Assembly (NCBI GenBank): GCA_038209745.1
Contig: JBBQXJ010000012.1
Coordinates: 5,429 to 69,428 of the forward strand
Reading direction: 5' to 3'
Source of the DNA: Verrucomicrobiota bacterium
GTDB lineage: Bacteria > Verrucomicrobiota > Verrucomicrobiia > Limisphaerales > CANJSG01
DNA: 64,000 nucleotides
Shown one piece after another: positions 31,772-41,662 of the stretch. Under the pieces are notes generated by a model. The model saw only the letters and a program-made list of their open reading frames with translations. It searched no databases and was not told the origin of the DNA. Each line of letters opens with the position of its first letter. The first letter of the stretch is position 1. The position numbers and the translations under genes are program-made.

Positions 31772-33385
31772 TCACGGCTGCTCCAGCCGGTAGAACCGGG
31801 CCCCGTTGCTGATTCCGATGGTTGTCGGATTCGTCGCGCCACTGGCGGCCGTGCTCCAGTTTGCGGTCACGAGATTGGAGCTGTGTCGCAGCACGAAGCC
31901 AGCCGTCGTAGGTGTCCACGAAAGGGTCGCGGTGCCAGCCGTGCCGGGACTGATCGACAGGAGTGGCGGCGCGTTGGGAATCACATACACCGTGCGTTGG
32001 ATCATGCCACCGCCGCCCAGGTAGTTCTGGGTTTGGTAGGTCAGCTCGTAGCTGCCCACCGTGTTGGTGTCCACCTCCCCGCTGATCGTTACCGCGCCCG
32101 GCATCACATCGCTGAGCCCGGCCGGAGCGGTGCTCTGTCCGTAGTCGTTCCGGCCCCACCCGATGATCGTGCCGTCCAAGGTGCGGGCAAGGCTGTGATA
32201 GCCCCCGGCGGCGACGGCCACGACGACCACGTTGGACAACGAAACGGGCACGTTGGTCTGGCCGTCTTTGTTCAAGCCCCAGGCGACGATCGATCCATCG
32301 GCACACAGGGCGAGGTTGTGGTAGAAGCCGGCGGCGATGGCCACGACGTTGGTCAATCCGGGCGGCACGTTGGTCTGGCCGGAACCGCCCAAGCCCCAAG
32401 CCCTGACCGTTCCCTCGGCCGTGAGCGCGAGACCGTGGTTGCGCCCGCTTGCGACGGCCACCGCGTTGGTCAACTCGGCCGGGATACGGGTCTGTCCGGC
32501 ATCGTTCGCACCCCATCCCGTCACGGTGCCGTCCGAGCGCAGCGCGAGGCAATGATACTGGCCCGCCGCCACGGCCACGGCGTTCGTCAGGTCGGGGGGA
32601 ACGGTTGTCTGCTGATAGTTGGTGCTGCCCCACGCCTGAACGGTTCCATCGGCGCGCAGCGCCATGCTGTGGTATTCGCCCGCCGATACGGCGACGCCAT
32701 TGGTCAGATCCGGCGGAACGTGGGTCTGGCCTTGAAGTCCCAAACCCCAGGCAAGGACGGCGCCATCGTCCCTCACGGCCAAGCTGTGGAGAAACCCTCC
32801 GGAAACCCCGACGATATTGGTCAGTCCGGGGAAGTTCGTCGCTTGGCCATAGGTGTTGAGGCCTCGGCCCACGACGGTGCCATCGGCCTTGACGAAGAGG
32901 GTGTGCGAGAAGCCCGCACCCATGACGATCGACGGTGTGGACCCGGAAAGCCCCGCGTCCACATACGGGCGGCCGAGGATGTTCGTCGTTGGATTCCCGC
33001 CCTTGAGAGCGAGAACCGGAGAGATGAAGAACCGGTCCCGGCCGGTGAAACGTCCCGCCTCATTCGTCGCCACCGCCCTGAAGTGATAGAGCCGCGCCGG
33101 CAGAAGGTCGGTCAATCCGGCTTCGAACAACACCGCTTCGTCCCCCTGCCCCAGCTCGACCGGTGGCGTATTGGATCCATAGGCGGGTGAGGCACCCCAC
33201 TCAAACCAAGCGGCCGTTGCGAAGCCCTCCGGCCGGACGCTGCCTCGCAGGACCGCGTTGGTTGCGCCCGGAGCGGAGGCGGACACCGTCGCGATCTCAG
33301 CTCCCCCGGCGGGCCCGCATGCCAGGGCGGCGAGGGCAAAAAGAAGCCGCAGCGTGGAACCGGTCATTTGTCCGCCGCGGCTCAT
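31772..33385 (-). CDS. Secreted RCC1-repeat (beta-propeller) protein with a C-terminal F-Y-R-L module
   Basis: Tandem RCC1-type repeats (V.AWG.N.YGQ/AGQT..P) and an FN3-like N-terminal domain. The tail is ...FVLRHSSNLVTANW...GARFYRLEQP. The start at 33385 (or 33367) lies downstream of the neighbour's stop at 33403. Confidence 0.85.
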   Translation of the reverse strand: MSRGGQMTGSTLRLLFALAALACGPAGGAEIATVSASAPGATNAVLRGSVRPEGFATAAWFEWGASPAYGSNTPPVELGQGDEAVLFEAGLTDLLPARLYHFRAVATNEAGRFTGRDRFFISPVLALKGGNPTTNILGRPYVDAGLSGSTPSIVMGAGFSHTLFVKADGTVVGRGLNTYGQATNFPGLTNIVGVSGGFLHSLAVRDDGAVLAWGLGLQGQTHVPPDLTNGVAVSAGEYHSMALRADGTVQAWGSTNYQQTTVPPDLTNAVAVAAGQYHCLALRSDGTVTGWGANDAGQTRIPAELTNAVAVASGRNHGLALTAEGTVRAWGLGGSGQTNVPPGLTNVVAIAAGFYHNLALCADGSIVAWGLNKDGQTNVPVSLSNVVVVAVAAGGYHSLARTLDGTIIGWGRNDYGQSTAPAGLSDVMPGAVTISGEVDTNTVGSYELTYQTQNYLGGGGMIQRTVYVIPNAPPLLSISPGTAGTATLSWTPTTAGFVLRHSSNLVTANWSTAASGATNPTTIGISNGARFYRLEQP

Positions 33386-33402
33386 CCCGGAACGCCCTCG
33401 GC

Positions 33403-34524
33403 TTACTCGGACAGGTTCACCAGTTGGAGCGTGCCGATGCCGCCGGGATTCCAGTTGGTGAAGACGACGAAAACCTTCTGCTTGTCGCCCTTGCCGGTGA
33501 CATACCAGCACGCGTCATGGATGTGCTGGGCGTCCTCGTAGCCGAGGTCTTCCTTCGCCTTGATGGTGGCGACCACGGCCCGCTTCTTCAGGTTGATGAT
33601 GTAGATGGGCCCGGCGCTCTGATTCGCCCCGTCCAGGCAAGGGGCCAACGCGTAGTCGCCCCAGATGTCGAAGCCACACACGGTGCTGCCGGGAGGCAGT
33701 CCATCGATCTCGTCCACCACGCCGTCCTTCAGCGGGAAGCGCTTCATCAGACCCTCGGGCCGGGCGGCCACAAGCAGCGACTTTTCCTCGGGCCGATAGG
33801 TGATCCCGTGGGGTGTCCCGGAGAGAGTTTTTCCGCCATAGAATCGGCCCTGATATTCGAAAGGATCGACGTTGACCGGCATGAGCCACGCCTGCGCGTA
33901 TCCATCGGTGAACCAGACTTCCTTGGAGCTGACGAAGGCCGCGTCGGTGGGGGCGAAGTTCTTCTTGAGATTGTAGGGCGCGCCCTGCGGCACGGACAGC
34001 ACCTGCGCGTGCTGGAAGGTCGTGTCGGTCAGGTAGAGCTTGCCGGACACGTTGTCGGCGGCGGCCACGAGCGGCGGCTTGCCCGGGCGTTGGAGGATGT
34101 CGGCTCCGTGGACCGTGCCGGCATCGAAGACGGAGTCGCCCTTGATGATCCAGGCGGTCGCCAACTGGTTGGTATATCCGATCCAGCCCACTCCGACCAA
34201 CGGCCAGTAGAGATTGCCATTGGCCTTGTCGACAATGAGCGTGTTGTGCGCCTTGGTTCGACTCGGCATGGCGGCTTCGGGGGTCGGAGTCAGGTCCCGG
34301 CGGGCGATGAATTTCCAGTAGCCGCTCCCGCTGACCCTGGTGCCGGGCTCCAGTTTGGTGGACGCCACTTTGACCGGGCCGGCCTGTTCGACGATGAAGG
34401 GAAAGGCCTTGGCCGTGACGACCGGATGCTCGTGGCCTACGCCCGCGTCATGGGCGCGAAGGGCGGAACCTGAGGCGGCAAAAACGGCGGCGATGATCAG
34501 CGTGCGAAAGCGGGTTGGATTCAT
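33403..34524 (-). CDS. Secreted hypothetical protein (possible beta-propeller)
   Basis: 373 aa counted from the ATG at 34524, with a signal peptide (MNPTRFRTLIIAAVFAASGSALRA). No family was recognised. It is co-directional with, and 18 nt upstream of, the RCC1 gene. Confidence 0.65.
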   Translation of the reverse strand: MNPTRFRTLIIAAVFAASGSALRAHDAGVGHEHPVVTAKAFPFIVEQAGPVKVASTKLEPGTRVSGSGYWKFIARRDLTPTPEAAMPSRTKAHNTLIVDKANGNLYWPLVGVGWIGYTNQLATAWIIKGDSVFDAGTVHGADILQRPGKPPLVAAADNVSGKLYLTDTTFQHAQVLSVPQGAPYNLKKNFAPTDAAFVSSKEVWFTDGYAQAWLMPVNVDPFEYQGRFYGGKTLSGTPHGITYRPEEKSLLVAARPEGLMKRFPLKDGVVDEIDGLPPGSTVCGFDIWGDYALAPCLDGANQSAGPIYIINLKKRAVVATIKAKEDLGYEDAQHIHDACWYVTGKGDKQKVFVVFTNWNPGGIGTLQLVNLSE

Positions 34525-34774
34525 GTCGTGGAGGATTGTCGGTGGGCGACTGGACCCTCTCAAATCGATCCATCGCTGCCAATGCAAAGTTCCCGGCCAC
34601 GCGGCCGGGTTGCGCCTTGACAGGGCAAACCGGACCGGCAGCAATCGAATGGGTGTGGACCGAGACCGGAGTTAGTCCATCCCGTAGCCGGATCGAACTG
34701 GACAAGCCCTGTGAACCCGGCCGGATGTCGAGCTTCGACGAGTCAACCAACCCGGCACTGCGGCCCTTCAAATC

Positions 34775-37132
34775 ATGAAACCTCCAAGGTGCGCCCTCCT
34801 GGCGCGGATTCTCCTGCTGTCCTTCGCTTCCATCGCGGGGAACGCCGCGCATGCCCAATCGATCTACACGCCGTATGCCTTCACCAACTTCGTCGGCCAA
34901 CCCGGCGCCATCGGTTCCGCCGACGGAGCCGGAACGGCGGCCGGTTTTAACATTCCCCACAGCCTGGCCGTCGATTCGTCCGGCAACGTCTATGTCGCCG
35001 ACACCTTCAACCATTCCATCCGCAAGATAACGCCCGCCGGAGTCTCGACGACGATCGCGGGGAGCCCCGGAAACAAGGGCTACGGTGACGGCGTCGGCAA
35101 CGCGGAAGCGCCGCGTTTCAACAGCCCGATCGGTCTGTCGTCCGACAGCGCCGGAAACATCTACGTCGCCGACAACGGAAACCAATCGATCCGAAAGGTC
35201 ACGCCCACCGGAGTGGTGAGCCTCTTTGCGGGCCAGATCGGGATCAAGGGGAGCCAGAGCGGTCCACGCATCGGGGCCACCTTCAACAGTCCCAATTCCA
35301 CTGCGGTGGACAGCGCCGGAAACATCTACGTTTCGGACCTGGTCAACCGGGTCATCCGGAAGATCGAACCTGACGGGATTGTCGGCATCTTCGCCGGCAC
35401 GGTTGGATTGCAGGGCACGAACGATGGCGTGGGTTCCATCGCCAGGTTCACGGCTCCGATGGGTCTGGCCGTGGACCGCGCGAACAATCTCTACGTGGCC
35501 GACCAGGGCGGCGACACGATCCGCAAGATCGCTCCCGGCGGAACGGTGACCACCTTGGCCGGCACGGGCAAGAAGAGCGGCTCCACCGACGGTGTCGGTG
35601 CCGATGCCCGCTTCACCGGCCCCGAAAACCTCGCGGTTGATTCGGCCGGCAACGTCTATGTGTCCGACACGGGCAACCAGACCATCCGGAAGGTCACACC
35701 GGACGGAGTCGTCACCACCTTGGCCGGCTCGCCCGGACTGAAGGGCACCGCCGACGGCACGAACGACGTGGCGCGCTTCAGCACTCCCCGTGGCATCGTC
35801 GTGGACAGGTCGAACATCGTCTTCGTGGCCGATTCGGGCAACTCCGCCATCCGCAAGCTCGTCGTCACCGGCGGGGACAGAGTCGTCACCACCTTCGCCG
35901 GCACTTTGAGCCAGAACGGCAGCGTGGACGCCACGGGCAACGCCGCGCAGTTCCATTTCCCCTATGGCCTGGCCTTCGACCCCGATGGCAACCTCTATGC
36001 CGCTGACCGGAGCAACCAGGACATCCGCAAGATCACGCCGGACGGCATCGTCACGACGTTCGCGGGATTGCCCGGAGAGGCCGGCAGCGCCGACGGCTCG
36101 GGCGGAGGCGCCCAGTTCTACGGCCCGGAGGAACTGAAGGTGGACTCTTCCGGCAACATCTACGTGGTCGAGTTCTTCAACAACACGGTCCGCAAGATCG
36201 CCCCGGTCGGTGCCAACTGGGTCGTCACCACTCTCGCGGGCTGTCCCACTTGTCCGGCCGGAACCAACGACGGTCCGGGAATCGAGGCGAGGTTCAGCGG
36301 TCCATTCGGGCTAACCGTGGACAGCTCGGGCAACGTCTTCGTCGCCGACACCGGGAACCAGACGATCCGCAAGCTCACGCCGTCGGGCGACGCGTGGACC
36401 GTAACGACCTTCGCCGGTGCCCCGAAGGTCGGAGGCGCTTCCGACGGCGTCGGCACAGCGGCACGGTTCGGGTCGCCGATCGGCCTGGCCGCCGACCGTC
36501 ACGGCAACATTTTCGTCGTCGATGGATTCAGCGTCCGCATGATCACCTCCGACGCGACGGTCACGACGCTCGCGGGACACCCCGGAATCGGCAGCGCCGA
36601 CGGAGACGGGAGCGTCGCCACTTTCTGGGTTCCACGGGGTATCGCGGTCGACGCCGCTGGCAACCTCTTCGTGGCCGACACCGCGAACCACCTCATCCGC
36701 GAGCTCGCCTCCACCGGCGGGGCCTGGAACGTCACGACGCTCGCAGGTAGTCCCGGAATGACCGGCACCAACGACGGGGCCGGCTCGGAGGCCCGCTTCA
36801 ACCAGCCGAGCGGCATCACCGTGGACGCGTTGGGCAACCTCTACGTGGTCGATTCCAACAACCACCGAATCACCAAGGGAATCTCGCCCGACGGAGGGAT
36901 GGGGATCTCGGTCGGGTTCGACAGCGGCGGCGGCGGCTTGTCAGTCGCTGAAGGATCCTTTTCCATGCGCGTGACGGGGCCGATGACGGGCTCCGTGGTC
37001 CTGGAAGCTTCCACCGATCTGGTCCTGTGGCTGCCGATCCAGACCAACTCCCTCTCGGCCCCGCCGGTGACCCTCTCGGTTCCGATCGAGCGGGGCGCGG
37101 ACTCGTTCTTCCGGCTAAGGCTCACTCCATAG
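34775..37132 (+). CDS. Secreted NHL-repeat protein with a C-terminal F-F-R-L module
   Basis: A dozen or more repeats of the pattern SAGN(I/V)YV(A/S)D.GN..IRK(I/V)TP.G.V(T/S)T.AG. The tail is ...VVLEASTDLVLWLPIQ...ADSFFRLRLTP. Confidence 0.9.
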   Translation: MKPPRCALLARILLLSFASIAGNAAHAQSIYTPYAFTNFVGQPGAIGSADGAGTAAGFNIPHSLAVDSSGNVYVADTFNHSIRKITPAGVSTTIAGSPGNKGYGDGVGNAEAPRFNSPIGLSSDSAGNIYVADNGNQSIRKVTPTGVVSLFAGQIGIKGSQSGPRIGATFNSPNSTAVDSAGNIYVSDLVNRVIRKIEPDGIVGIFAGTVGLQGTNDGVGSIARFTAPMGLAVDRANNLYVADQGGDTIRKIAPGGTVTTLAGTGKKSGSTDGVGADARFTGPENLAVDSAGNVYVSDTGNQTIRKVTPDGVVTTLAGSPGLKGTADGTNDVARFSTPRGIVVDRSNIVFVADSGNSAIRKLVVTGGDRVVTTFAGTLSQNGSVDATGNAAQFHFPYGLAFDPDGNLYAADRSNQDIRKITPDGIVTTFAGLPGEAGSADGSGGGAQFYGPEELKVDSSGNIYVVEFFNNTVRKIAPVGANWVVTTLAGCPTCPAGTNDGPGIEARFSGPFGLTVDSSGNVFVADTGNQTIRKLTPSGDAWTVTTFAGAPKVGGASDGVGTAARFGSPIGLAADRHGNIFVVDGFSVRMITSDATVTTLAGHPGIGSADGDGSVATFWVPRGIAVDAAGNLFVADTANHLIRELASTGGAWNVTTLAGSPGMTGTNDGAGSEARFNQPSGITVDALGNLYVVDSNNHRITKGISPDGGMGISVGFDSGGGGLSVAEGSFSMRVTGPMTGSVVLEASTDLVLWLPIQTNSLSAPPVTLSVPIERGADSFFRLRLTP

Positions 37133-37145
37133 AGCCTTCTTCGCA

Positions 37146-38033
37146 TCAAGGTGCCTTTGCCTTCGAAGGCACAGTGTTGGTGGAAAACTGGACGTAGGCG
37201 AAGCACTCGGGGATGTGCGAGTCCCAGACCCCGTGACGGGTCCAAAACCAGCCGCCGGAATCCTTCGCGGGAAGCGGGGCCTTGTAGGAGTTGAAGCGCG
37301 AAAAATCCATCCGCCACACATCGCCTTCCTTCGGCGGGAGCGCGCGTCCATCGGTCGCGAGCCACTTCATGCTCTTCCACGGAAACGCCAGCTCGACGGT
37401 CCAGCCTTGGTCCACGTCGGAGTCGTCGTTGACCGTGCCGTCGAGATGCACCGCGTTCTTCCGTCCGGGAAACTCCCACTTGAAATTCCCGACCCGACCG
37501 CCCCGCGGATGGTTGGTGAAACCGACGCCGTTGAACGGAACCATCAAGGGTTTGGCGAACCCGGGCATGGCCGGGAAGCCCGACTTCTCATAGGCGTCGT
37601 CCCAGACGAAGGCCACTTCGTAGACGGTGTTGTAGCCGTTGATCTCGAACTCGTAGTAGGCGTCGCGTCCGGCCACGAAGAACTCCACGTCGTTGTCGTA
37701 GTAGATGGGGTCGTTGTGCGTCTTGTATTTGGCGTGGAGCTTCGGCTCCTCCGCCCGGTAGGCCACGTAGAGGTAGTCGTCGTCCCACAGCACCATCGCC
37801 CTCGTGTCGTGGATCGTGGCGTCTCCGGAAATGATGTCCACGAAGCGCGGCGACGTGGGCGCGTTCTGCCAGTCCGCCTCGTCCAGCTTTCCGTCCACCT
37901 TGATCGGATGGTTCACCCGGAGCGCGGTGTAGTGCGCGATCTCGTTGCTCGGACACGGGAAAGCCCAACCGCCCTCCGCCGCCCGGACGGATTGGACGAG
38001 ACACAGCGCGACGAGGAGCAGGAAGCGTTTCAT
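37146..38033 (-). CDS. Carbohydrate-binding family 9 (CBM9/DOMON-like) protein
   Basis: Signal peptide, then IKVDGKLDEADW...RAMVLWDDDYLYVAYRAEEP...NDVEFFV..YYEFEING, typical of CBM9-like proteins. Confidence 0.75.
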   Translation of the reverse strand: MKRFLLLVALCLVQSVRAAEGGWAFPCPSNEIAHYTALRVNHPIKVDGKLDEADWQNAPTSPRFVDIISGDATIHDTRAMVLWDDDYLYVAYRAEEPKLHAKYKTHNDPIYYDNDVEFFVAGRDAYYEFEINGYNTVYEVAFVWDDAYEKSGFPAMPGFAKPLMVPFNGVGFTNHPRGGRVGNFKWEFPGRKNAVHLDGTVNDDSDVDQGWTVELAFPWKSMKWLATDGRALPPKEGDVWRMDFSRFNSYKAPLPAKDSGGWFWTRHGVWDSHIPECFAYVQFSTNTVPSKAKAP

Positions 38034-38050
38034 GACAATGGGCGGTCCGA

Positions 38051-40510
38051 TCAGCGGGTCTGTTTGGCGACGGTCAACCGGTCGGAGTCTCCGTTCTTCC
38101 GGATCGCGATCGAGGCCGCGAAGGCCAGTTCAGGATCGCCCCGGCGCGCCATGGTCTCGCAGAGGATGCGTAGACTGGGCGCCACCTTGACGGCCGTGGT
38201 CGCGCCGTTCAGCTCCACGTCCACGGGCTGGGTGAGATCGACCAACCGCGAATCCAGGAGCACGTCCACCGAGGCGACGTCGCTGCTGGCGGTCACCACC
38301 ACGCGATTGTCGCGGCAGCTGGCGAGCACCTGCTTCTTCTTTGCGGGATCGTCCACGTGCAGCCAGAAGAAGTCGTGGATCACCGGGTCGGTCATCAGCC
38401 ACGAGAGTTCACGCGGCACGGGGTTGCGCACGGCTGGAGCCATCTCCGGGATCAGATCGCGGTCCGGCAGTCCGCCGTGGCCGAAGCCCTGCTTGATGTC
38501 CACCGTCACCGGGTAAATGTCCTTCCGAGTTCCACGCAGTGTCTCGATCTCCGCGAGGAAGCGTTCGTTGCGTTCCCTGCGGCCATACATGGTGTCCTTC
38601 TCTCCGACCATCACGCTGAAGACCGTGTTCCGCAGGTTCATCGCGGCGGTCTCCCCTTCCGTGGCCGCCGCCGCCGAAGCGTGGATCGCCGCGAAATGGT
38701 CCGGCATCTTCGGCCCGATGGCGTAGGCGCCGTAGCCGCCATGGGAATAGCCCATGATGAAGACCTTGTTCGGGTCGACATCCGCGAAGAACAGCTCGCT
38801 CCGGATCAACTGCCCGATCAACGGATAGACGTAATCGTCGTAGAAGCCGTTCCAGGTGTCGTTCGGCGCCCGCAGCGCGACATACAGATAGCCGCCGGCT
38901 TCCGGATGATCCTTGTAGTAGCGCTGCATGATCTCCCATTGGCTGTCGTTCACCGCCTTCGGCGCGCCGCCACCACCGTGCATCGCGATGAAGAGCGACC
39001 AGCCATTGGCCGGGCGTTCTCCAATGGTCTTCACGGTGTAGTGACTGAGATACTCGCCGAAGCGGACCTGGTTCCCGTCGAAATCCGCCTTCTCCGCCGC
39101 GTGGATCTTGGCCCCTAGGAACGCCTCCCACACCCCGTGCCGCGCCGCCGGCTCATTTTGCCCGAGCAGCGTGTCCAGCTTGCCGTCGAACTTCCACTCC
39201 GCCCGTCCTGCGGCATCCGCCATGAAATACCCGTTCACCGCCGCCGACAGTTCGCTCAAGGCAGCCGCGGACAAGGCCTTCTCGATCTTCTGCGGCACAT
39301 AGCACGCCATCGATGGCGCTCGGACGACCGGTGTAGGATCCAGCAGCAGCGTCACGACCTGCGACGCGTTGGTGCCGAATGCGACATCGTCCATCACGAT
39401 CTTCGCTCCCGAGTCGGCCGTGATCCGGTAGCGATGCGAAGGCGACGCCTTGAACGCGGCGAAATCGTTTTGGTCGGCCGTCTCGGCCCGGCTGCGATCC
39501 ACCTGCATCGAGGAAGGATCTCCCAGATCGGCCACGCTCAAGTCCGCGGCCACCCGCTTGCCGCCCGGAGCATCCAGCACCTTCACCAGCAGGCGCGGAC
39601 CCGCCAGCGCCGAGAACTGCGGACGAGCGGCATAGCGTTCGGTCACGTTGACCGCCGGCACCGATTGGTTGCCAGGCGCCCAGATCAAGGGAAAGGCCAC
39701 ACCCGTCCGCTTGAAGCTCGACGCATAGATCGAGTGCTGCGCCACATCCGCCCGCGCCTCCGAGGCATCGTGCACGAACCAACCGTGGTCCAACCCCTTC
39801 TCATCCGGTTCCGCCGCCCCCGCGAAGTGCCAACCCTCGTCCCAGACTTCCATCCAGGTGTGGTTGCCCCGCATGTTCGACCACATCGGCGTGCCCACGA
39901 CCCGCGCCGGGATCCCGACCGAACGGCATGCGTCCACCAGCAGGATGGAAAGCCCCGTGCAGGTGGCGACACCGCTCGACATCGTCTCCGTCGGGTTTTG
40001 ATCTGGACGCCTGCGGCCGGTGGAATACTTGACCTTGAGGAGGGGAAAGAGCTTTTGGTTCAGCCGATGGGCCGCTTCGCCCGGCGTCTTGCAGTCGGCG
40101 ATGAGGGGCAGGCTGATGGCCCTGAGCTTGGTCCGCCATTCGTCCCGCTCCTCGTTCACGCTGGCGTAGGGCAGCACATCGTTCAGGAAGATCTTGCGCG
40201 GCACGGAGTCCTTCCACGGAGCGGCGTCCATCGCCTCGGTCGCGAGGCGGACGTTCGAGACCAGGAAGTCGGCGCCGAGAGTCCGCGCATCCTCCGCCGG
40301 CATGTTTTCGATCAGGAACAGCAGAGACTCCCGATCGGCACCGCGCAAAGTCGCCAGTGCTTTTTCCAACTGCGGACGGTTCGTTCCCGCATCCGTCATC
40401 CGGCTTTCCGCCGTCGCCGTCAACGCCACCGGTTCATCCGACACCGCGCCGCTGCGACACCCGGCCAAAGCGCCCGCCACGATCAGTAGAAATGCGACTC
40501 GCAACAACAT
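38051..40510 (-). CDS. Lipoprotein fusing a transglutaminase-like cysteine protease domain to an alpha/beta-hydrolase (S9/esterase-like) domain
   Basis: ATG at 40510 with a lipobox (LAGC). The transglutaminase core is VATCTGLSILLVDACRSVGIPARVV...GNHTWMEVWDEGWHF. The hydrolase nucleophile elbow is IMGYSHGGYGA, with a C-terminal GFGHGG. Confidence 0.75.
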   Translation of the reverse strand: MLLRVAFLLIVAGALAGCRSGAVSDEPVALTATAESRMTDAGTNRPQLEKALATLRGADRESLLFLIENMPAEDARTLGADFLVSNVRLATEAMDAAPWKDSVPRKIFLNDVLPYASVNEERDEWRTKLRAISLPLIADCKTPGEAAHRLNQKLFPLLKVKYSTGRRRPDQNPTETMSSGVATCTGLSILLVDACRSVGIPARVVGTPMWSNMRGNHTWMEVWDEGWHFAGAAEPDEKGLDHGWFVHDASEARADVAQHSIYASSFKRTGVAFPLIWAPGNQSVPAVNVTERYAARPQFSALAGPRLLVKVLDAPGGKRVAADLSVADLGDPSSMQVDRSRAETADQNDFAAFKASPSHRYRITADSGAKIVMDDVAFGTNASQVVTLLLDPTPVVRAPSMACYVPQKIEKALSAAALSELSAAVNGYFMADAAGRAEWKFDGKLDTLLGQNEPAARHGVWEAFLGAKIHAAEKADFDGNQVRFGEYLSHYTVKTIGERPANGWSLFIAMHGGGGAPKAVNDSQWEIMQRYYKDHPEAGGYLYVALRAPNDTWNGFYDDYVYPLIGQLIRSELFFADVDPNKVFIMGYSHGGYGAYAIGPKMPDHFAAIHASAAAATEGETAAMNLRNTVFSVMVGEKDTMYGRRERNERFLAEIETLRGTRKDIYPVTVDIKQGFGHGGLPDRDLIPEMAPAVRNPVPRELSWLMTDPVIHDFFWLHVDDPAKKKQVLASCRDNRVVVTASSDVASVDVLLDSRLVDLTQPVDVELNGATTAVKVAPSLRILCETMARRGDPELAFAASIAIRKNGDSDRLTVAKQTR

Positions 40511-40712
40511 TTCGAGACCTTGGCGGCAGGTCCGCGAGAACGCATCGCCAAACTGGGACCCGACCAAAATCGGGGGTCCAACCCGGACCCGCCGACCATC
40601 CGGGTTTCTGGAACGCGGCGCCTCCCCGGAATCCCAGGCTCCCCGCCAGTCAACCCGTCCGACACCACGCCGCTCGTTGACAGGATTCGCCCGGCCGGTC
40701 ATTCAAGCGCCG

Positions 40713-41354
40713 ATGAATCCTCTCAAATACTGTCTGACCCTGCTGGCCCCGGCACTGCTGCTGGCCGGCTGTGTTTCGGCCCAGAACTCCGGTCACTGGG
40801 TCTCCCTCTTCAACGGCAAGAACCTCGACGGCTGGACCGCCAACGAGAGTCCCGAGACCTTCTCCGTGAAAGATGGAGAACTGGTTGTCCGGGGCAACCG
40901 CGCCCATCTCTTCTACACCGGTCCGGTCAACGGCGGGAACTTCACCAACTTCGTCATCAAGCTCGAGATCAAGACCTATCCCAAGGCCAACTCCGGCGTT
41001 TATTTCCATACCCAGTTCCAGAAAGACGGCTGGCCAGCCAAGGGCTACGAGATCCAGGTCAACAACTCCCATTCCGACCTCAAGCGCACCGCCGGAGTCT
41101 ACGGCATCGACGACAACTACGACGCCGTCGCCAAGGACGGCGAATGGTTCACCATGGAGATCAAGGTCCAGGGCAAGCACATCGTCACCATGATCAACGA
41201 CAAGGTCATCAAGAACTACATCGAACCTGAAGGCGTGAAGCGCCCGGACAGCTTCATCGGCCGGCTGATCAGCCACGGCACCTTCGCCCTCCAGGGCCAT
41301 GACCCCGGGAGCGAAGTCCACTACAAGAGCGTCATGGTGCAGGTCCTGCCTTGA
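40713..41354 (+). CDS. DUF1080 / 3-keto-disaccharide hydrolase-like lipoprotein
   Basis: Lipobox (LLLAGC), then WVSLFNGKNLDGW...FSVKDGELV...GYEIQV..., which is the DUF1080 pattern. Confidence 0.8.
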   Translation: MNPLKYCLTLLAPALLLAGCVSAQNSGHWVSLFNGKNLDGWTANESPETFSVKDGELVVRGNRAHLFYTGPVNGGNFTNFVIKLEIKTYPKANSGVYFHTQFQKDGWPAKGYEIQVNNSHSDLKRTAGVYGIDDNYDAVAKDGEWFTMEIKVQGKHIVTMINDKVIKNYIEPEGVKRPDSFIGRLISHGTFALQGHDPGSEVHYKSVMVQVLP

Positions 41355-41380
41355 GCAGCACGCCTCCAGGAAGCCCACGA

Positions 41381-41406
41381 AAAGGCCCGCTTCGGCGGGC
41401 TTTTTT
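41381..41406 (+). terminator. Rho-independent terminator after the DUF1080 gene
   Basis: GCCCGC-TTCG-GCGGGC (GNRA-like tetraloop stem) followed by TTTTTT. Confidence 0.85.
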
Positions 41407-41662
41407 GTTTGTCCACCTCCGCCTGGCCCACTGGCCGGGCAGGTGGGCGGAGCGATGCTCCCGCGAGCCGCACCAAGGTTCCGCTCCCCGAAGCCGGGAA
41501 TGCGGCGGCTCTCCAATCAATGAAGGTCGGGGAATTTCACCACGCTCTGCGCCGGGAACCCCAAAGGCGTTTCTTGATTCCGTCCAGGATCGGGCGAGAT
41601 AGCCGCAAACGGTTCCGCCACTTTCCACTTCGCTCTTCGCCGTTCCGCTCTACCGTTTCGTC

